From Dehalococcoidia bacterium (GTDB lineage: Bacteria; Chloroflexota; Dehalococcoidia; Bin125), in NCBI GenBank assembly GCA_963663235.2, contig CAXXNO010000012.1, positions 128,001 through 192,000 of the forward strand: a stretch of 64,000 nt of DNA, read 5' to 3'. Under the pieces are notes generated by a model that saw only the letters and a list, made by a program, of their open reading frames with translations, made no database searches and was not told where the DNA came from. The position numbers and the translations under genes were made by a program. Positions within the stretch are counted from its first letter, which is position 1, and the number at the start of each line of letters is the position of its first letter. Of this stretch, positions 60,283 to 64,000 are shown one piece after another.

Positions 60283-61599
60283 CTAGAGGAGCGCTTCCAG
60301 ATCCTGGGCCCAGGCGAGCAGCGCCTCGTCCGTTCCGGCGCGCCCCGCGATCTGCAGCCCCAAGGGGAGACCAGCGGCGGCGGTACCGGCCGGCAAGGTG
60401 ACGGTCGGGAGCCCGGCGTGCGTCCAGGGGAGGTTCATGGCCGGGTCGCCCGTGGCGCCGAGGCCTTCCGGCGCCGGCCCGGTCGTCGATGGGGAGACCC
60501 ACAGGTCGATATCGTGCTGCGACATGAGCTCTTCGAGTTCGGCGCGGACGCGAGCGATGCTGGTGCGGGCGGTCTCCAGCTCCTCTGTCGTAATTGCGCG
60601 GCCCGCCTCCACAAGCATCGCAGCGCGCGGCCGGTACAGTGCCGCGTAGTTGCGGAACCAGGCGTCGTGCACCCGGGCGAACTCGGCCGTGTATACGACT
60701 CTGTGGCGCTCCGCGATCGTCTCAATATCTTGCAACGCCGACACGCGCCGCACCGTGCACCCCTGCGACTCCAGCCGCGCGAGTCGCTCAGTGAACATCT
60801 CGTGGGCCTCGGTTCTGGCTTGCTCCAGATAGGGGCCTTCCGGCACTCCGAGGGTTGGCAGCCGACGCTCAGCCGTCGCGGGCGGCGGACGCCAGTCATT
60901 GCACAGTACTGAGGCCGCCAGCACGGCGCCGGCCGCATCCTGCGTAAAGAAGCCCACGTGGTCGACGGACTGGGAGATGTACAGGACGCCTTCGGTGGGG
61001 ATGCGGTCATACGTGGGCTTGAACCCCACGACGCCGCAGAAGGAGGCGGGCCGGATGACGGAGCCGACGGTCTGAGTGCCGAGTGCCAGCGCTGCATAGC
61101 CCGCTGCGACCGCGGCGGCGGATCCGCTGCTCGAGCCGCCGGGGGTGTGTCGGGGGTTTCGCGGGTTGGCCGTGGCGCCGGGATCGAAGTAAGCGAACTC
61201 CGTGCTGACCGTCTTGCCCAAGATCAGCGCGCCGGCGTCGCGGAGGCGGCGAACGCAGGTGGCCTCCGGCATCTCGAAGATCTCGGGCGGGAGCGCGGAC
61301 CCCCCTCGGGTAGCGAAGCCATCGACGGCGAAGATGTCTTTCACCGCCGCGATCACGCCGAAGAGGGGCGGCCGATCGGCGGGATCCGGGTACCGTTCGA
61401 GGAGCGCCGTCGCCTCGCGGATCAAGCGGTCGCGCCGCCCGGGCTCGGGGAGCACCGCCCGGACCGCCAGCCCCGTGGCTTCGAGACGGTCGCAGACCTC
61501 ATGGACGTGCTTCTCGACGTCGAGCGAGCCGGAGCCGAGGGCGTCGGCGGTCCGGCGCAGGGGCAGCGAGGCAATCAGGAGCGGCGACTCGGTTGTCAT
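60283..61599 (-). CDS. Amidase-signature family amidase
   Basis: VKD, GKT..TEFA, PGGSSSGSAAAVA, GTQT.GS.IRPA.FCG. Confidence 0.93.
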   Translation of the reverse strand: MTTESPLLIASLPLRRTADALGSGSLDVEKHVHEVCDRLEATGLAVRAVLPEPGRRDRLIREATALLERYPDPADRPPLFGVIAAVKDIFAVDGFATRGGSALPPEIFEMPEATCVRRLRDAGALILGKTVSTEFAYFDPGATANPRNPRHTPGGSSSGSAAAVAAGYAALALGTQTVGSVIRPASFCGVVGFKPTYDRIPTEGVLYISQSVDHVGFFTQDAAGAVLAASVLCNDWRPPPATAERRLPTLGVPEGPYLEQARTEAHEMFTERLARLESQGCTVRRVSALQDIETIAERHRVVYTAEFARVHDAWFRNYAALYRPRAAMLVEAGRAITTEELETARTSIARVRAELEELMSQHDIDLWVSPSTTGPAPEGLGATGDPAMNLPWTHAGLPTVTLPAGTAAAGLPLGLQIAGRAGTDEALLAWAQDLEALL

Positions 61600-61726
61600 G
61601 GCGTGGGCGATAGTAGCGCAGAACGTCCCCAGGAAGGGAACCCGAGCAGCGAGGCATGCAGGGCTCGTCGCAGTGGTCTAGGGTCTGGCGGGCCGGCGTT
61701 GGCCGGACCGTGGAAGGAGCGGAGCC

Positions 61727-62536
61727 ATGGGTGCGCGATTGGACGGCCGGGTCGCGATTATCACGGGAGCCGCGAGCGGCATCGGCCGGGCGACGGCGGT
61801 GCGCTTCGCCGAAGAGGGCGCCGACATCGTTGTGGCCGATGTGCTGGCCGGTGAGGGGAACGAGACCGCCAAGGCCATCGAAGCGCTCGGGCGCCGCACC
61901 CTCGTCGTTCCGACGGACGTGGCCAAGGAAGCCGACTGCGAGGCGCTGGCTGAGGCCGCGATCCGGGAGTTCGGCCGCATCGACATCCTCTTCGCCGCCG
62001 CCGGCATCTTGCACGGCGGCTACGTGAGCGGCCGCGACCCGGACTCCGACAACCCATTCGTGAACCCGGTCGGCGCGTATGTCGTCAACGATCAACTGGA
62101 GAACTGGGAGAAGGTTCTGGCCGTCAACCTGACGGGTGTGATGCTGACGGACCGGGCCGTGGCCCGACGCATGATCAGCGCGGACCGCGGGGGATCGATC
62201 ATAAACGTCGCCTCCGTGTCGGCGAAGAAGCCCGACGCGGCGCTCGCCGCGTACTGCGCGTCCAAGGCCGGAGTCTGGATGCTGACGAAAGTGCTGGCCC
62301 TAGAGCTCGCACCCCACCAGATCCGGGTGAATGCCGTGGCGCCGGGGACGACAGAGACGCCCATGACCGCGCCGCTCCACGCGACGGAGCGACGCAAAAC
62401 GGTGGAGCAGATCACCCCGCTGGGACGACTGGGCCGACCGGTGGACGTTGCCAATACCGCCCTGTTTCTCGCCTCCGACGAATCCGAGTACTACACGGGG
62501 CAGATGCTCCAGCCCGACGGGGGCTGGTACATGTAA
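61727..62536 (+). CDS. Short-chain dehydrogenase/reductase
   Basis: TGAASGIG, NVAS, YCASK, IRVNAVAPG...TPM. Confidence 0.94.
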   Translation: MGARLDGRVAIITGAASGIGRATAVRFAEEGADIVVADVLAGEGNETAKAIEALGRRTLVVPTDVAKEADCEALAEAAIREFGRIDILFAAAGILHGGYVSGRDPDSDNPFVNPVGAYVVNDQLENWEKVLAVNLTGVMLTDRAVARRMISADRGGSIINVASVSAKKPDAALAAYCASKAGVWMLTKVLALELAPHQIRVNAVAPGTTETPMTAPLHATERRKTVEQITPLGRLGRPVDVANTALFLASDESEYYTGQMLQPDGGWYM

Positions 62537-62784
62537 TCGCCGGGCGCCCTGTTCGGCCCGGCCGCCTAGGCCACCGGCGGCCCAGCCTGCCGCCGGCTCG
62601 GAGACAGATCGGTGGTGGGAGCGATCAGGACGGTTATGTAACGATGGGGCGCGGGATCAGTACAGCGCCGTGGTGCAGGAGAACGACCCTCGCGCGCTAC
62701 AGTACGCAGTGAACGACGTCGCCACGACCAGGCTTCGCATGGCGAGGCCAGGACAGGCGCGGGCGGCGGAGGGAAAGGCTTGTG

Positions 62785-64000
62785 ATGGACGGAAACGGCA
62801 ACGGCAGTAGCGGCCCCCTGGCGGGCATCAAAGTGATCGAATGCAGCACGTGGGCCTTCGGGCCTCTCGCAGGCGCAATGCTGGGGGACCTGGGCGCCGA
62901 CGTGATCAAGGTAGAGAACCCCGCCTCCCCGGATCAGGCCCGGACGTTGACCAAGGTGGGCGGCTTCGACACGGCCATGCCGGACGAACTGAGCTCGGTA
63001 TTCGAGATGATGAACCGCAACAAGCGGTCGATCGGTGTCGACCTCAAGTCGGAGCGAGGGCGGGACCTGTTCCGGGAGTTGATCAAAGACGCGGACGTCT
63101 TCCTGGAGAACTTCCGGCCGGGTGTCTTCGACCGGCTGGGCATCGGCTACGAGGACTTGCGCCAGATCAACCCCCGCATCATCTACGCCTCCACGTCAGG
63201 CTACGGCTTCCAGGGCGCTGAGTCGCAGCGCCCCGCGCTGGACCCGGTCGGCCAGGCCCGCTCCGGGTTCATGTGGTCCAGCGGCGGACCGGGCGATCCG
63301 CCCAACTGGAGCGCCACGGGATTCGCCGACATCATGGGCGCCAACGTGCTGGCCTACGGGATCGTCAGCGCCATCGCCGCGCGCGAGCTGCACGGAGTGG
63401 GCCAGAAGGTGGAATGCTCCCACATCATGGCGTCGATGTGGATGCAGTACATGGGGATCGGCGCGAGCATGCTCAAGGGGCTGCGCGACTGGCCCCGCAT
63501 CGACCGCAGCGCCGCGGAGAACCCGCTCATCAACCATTACCGCTGCGCCGACGACGAATGGATCATGCTGGGGATCGTGGACTCGACGCGGGACTGGGAA
63601 GCGTTCTGTGAAGCGATGGAGCTCAGCGATCTCATCGAGGAGCCGCGCTTCGCCACCGCCGACAAGCGGAACGAGAACCGGGCGGCGCTGATCGTCGCGC
63701 TGGACGCGCGCTTCGCGCAGGAGCCGCGGGCTGAGTGGGAGCGACGGCTGGGCGCGAACCCAGATCTGCTGTTTGAGCGGGTGCAGCGCGCCACCGAGCT
63801 GATCGACGACCCCGCCGTTCGGGCCAACGAGATGTTCGTGGATGTAGAGCACCCTCGCTACGGCACGCTGCCCTACCTGAACGCGGTGGTGGAATTCGAG
63901 CGGACGCCGGCGGGCGTCCGCAAGGTTGCGCCGGAGATGGGCCAGCACACGACGGACATCCTCCGCGAGCGCCTGGGTTACAAAGAGGCAGAGATCGCGG
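62785..64000 (+). CDS. Family III (CaiB/BaiF) CoA-transferase, truncated by the window end
   Basis: Not in the ORF track; my translation gives GPLAGIKVIE...GPLAG.MLGDLGADVIKVE, NRNKRS, ENFRPG, SGYG, GFAD, AP..GQHT. Confidence 0.92.
   Translation, partial: MDGNGNGSSGPLAGIKVIECSTWAFGPLAGAMLGDLGADVIKVENPASPDQARTLTKVGGFDTAMPDELSSVFEMMNRNKRSIGVDLKSERGRDLFRELIKDADVFLENFRPGVFDRLGIGYEDLRQINPRIIYASTSGYGFQGAESQRPALDPVGQARSGFMWSSGGPGDPPNWSATGFADIMGANVLAYGIVSAIAARELHGVGQKVECSHIMASMWMQYMGIGASMLKGLRDWPRIDRSAAENPLINHYRCADDEWIMLGIVDSTRDWEAFCEAMELSDLIEEPRFATADKRNENRAALIVALDARFAQEPRAEWERRLGANPDLLFERVQRATELIDDPAVRANEMFVDVEHPRYGTLPYLNAVVEFERTPAGVRKVAPEMGQHTTDILRERLGYKEAEIA

Noticed and set aside
62537-62784. 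Riboswitch upstream of the CoA-transferase
   Set aside because: No aptamer consensus recognised by eye; an Rfam scan would be needed.
44805-64000. Integrative element at tRNA-Asp
   Set aside because: No integrase and no duplicate of the tRNA 3' end noticed within the window.

Overview
High-GC bacterial chromosome segment. Gene content suggests Chloroflexota, Dehalococcoidia-like (inference from the GAAC-N4-GTTC LexA box, Chloroflexi-style FtsL/FtsQ/PriA and the LLM/CoxL/CoA-transferase/amidohydrolase gene set). The first ~45 kb is mostly core genes: a DUF4258/DUF2283 toxin-antitoxin pair, quinone oxidoreductase, HDAC-family deacetylase, selB, a CDGSH protein, trmD-rplS-priA-def-cca-yajC-secD-secF, a dcw cluster lacking murE, nrdR-nrdJ, a histone-H1-like protein, yggS-proC-yggT, recA-recX-rny-ymdB-PHP-fabZ and tRNA-Asp. 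After the tRNA comes accessory DNA: a desaturase, a lower-GC islet with an 84-bp tandem-repeat coiled-coil gene, and a catabolic cluster with a molybdenum hydroxylase that has two large subunits. The most unusual items are: (1) a polarised array of 82-83-bp units upstream of rplS, with two fixed boxes and constant 31-bp variable segments, that resembles the rplS start region itself; (2) a remodelled SecDF, with a LysM-like insertion in SecD and a duplicated extracytoplasmic domain plus a frameshift in SecF; (3) the S-L1-M-L2 hydroxylase with divergent active sites; (4) the TA pair bracketed by 32-bp direct repeats; (5) a 58-aa C2HC microprotein. All calls come from motif recognition by eye; no database searches were run.
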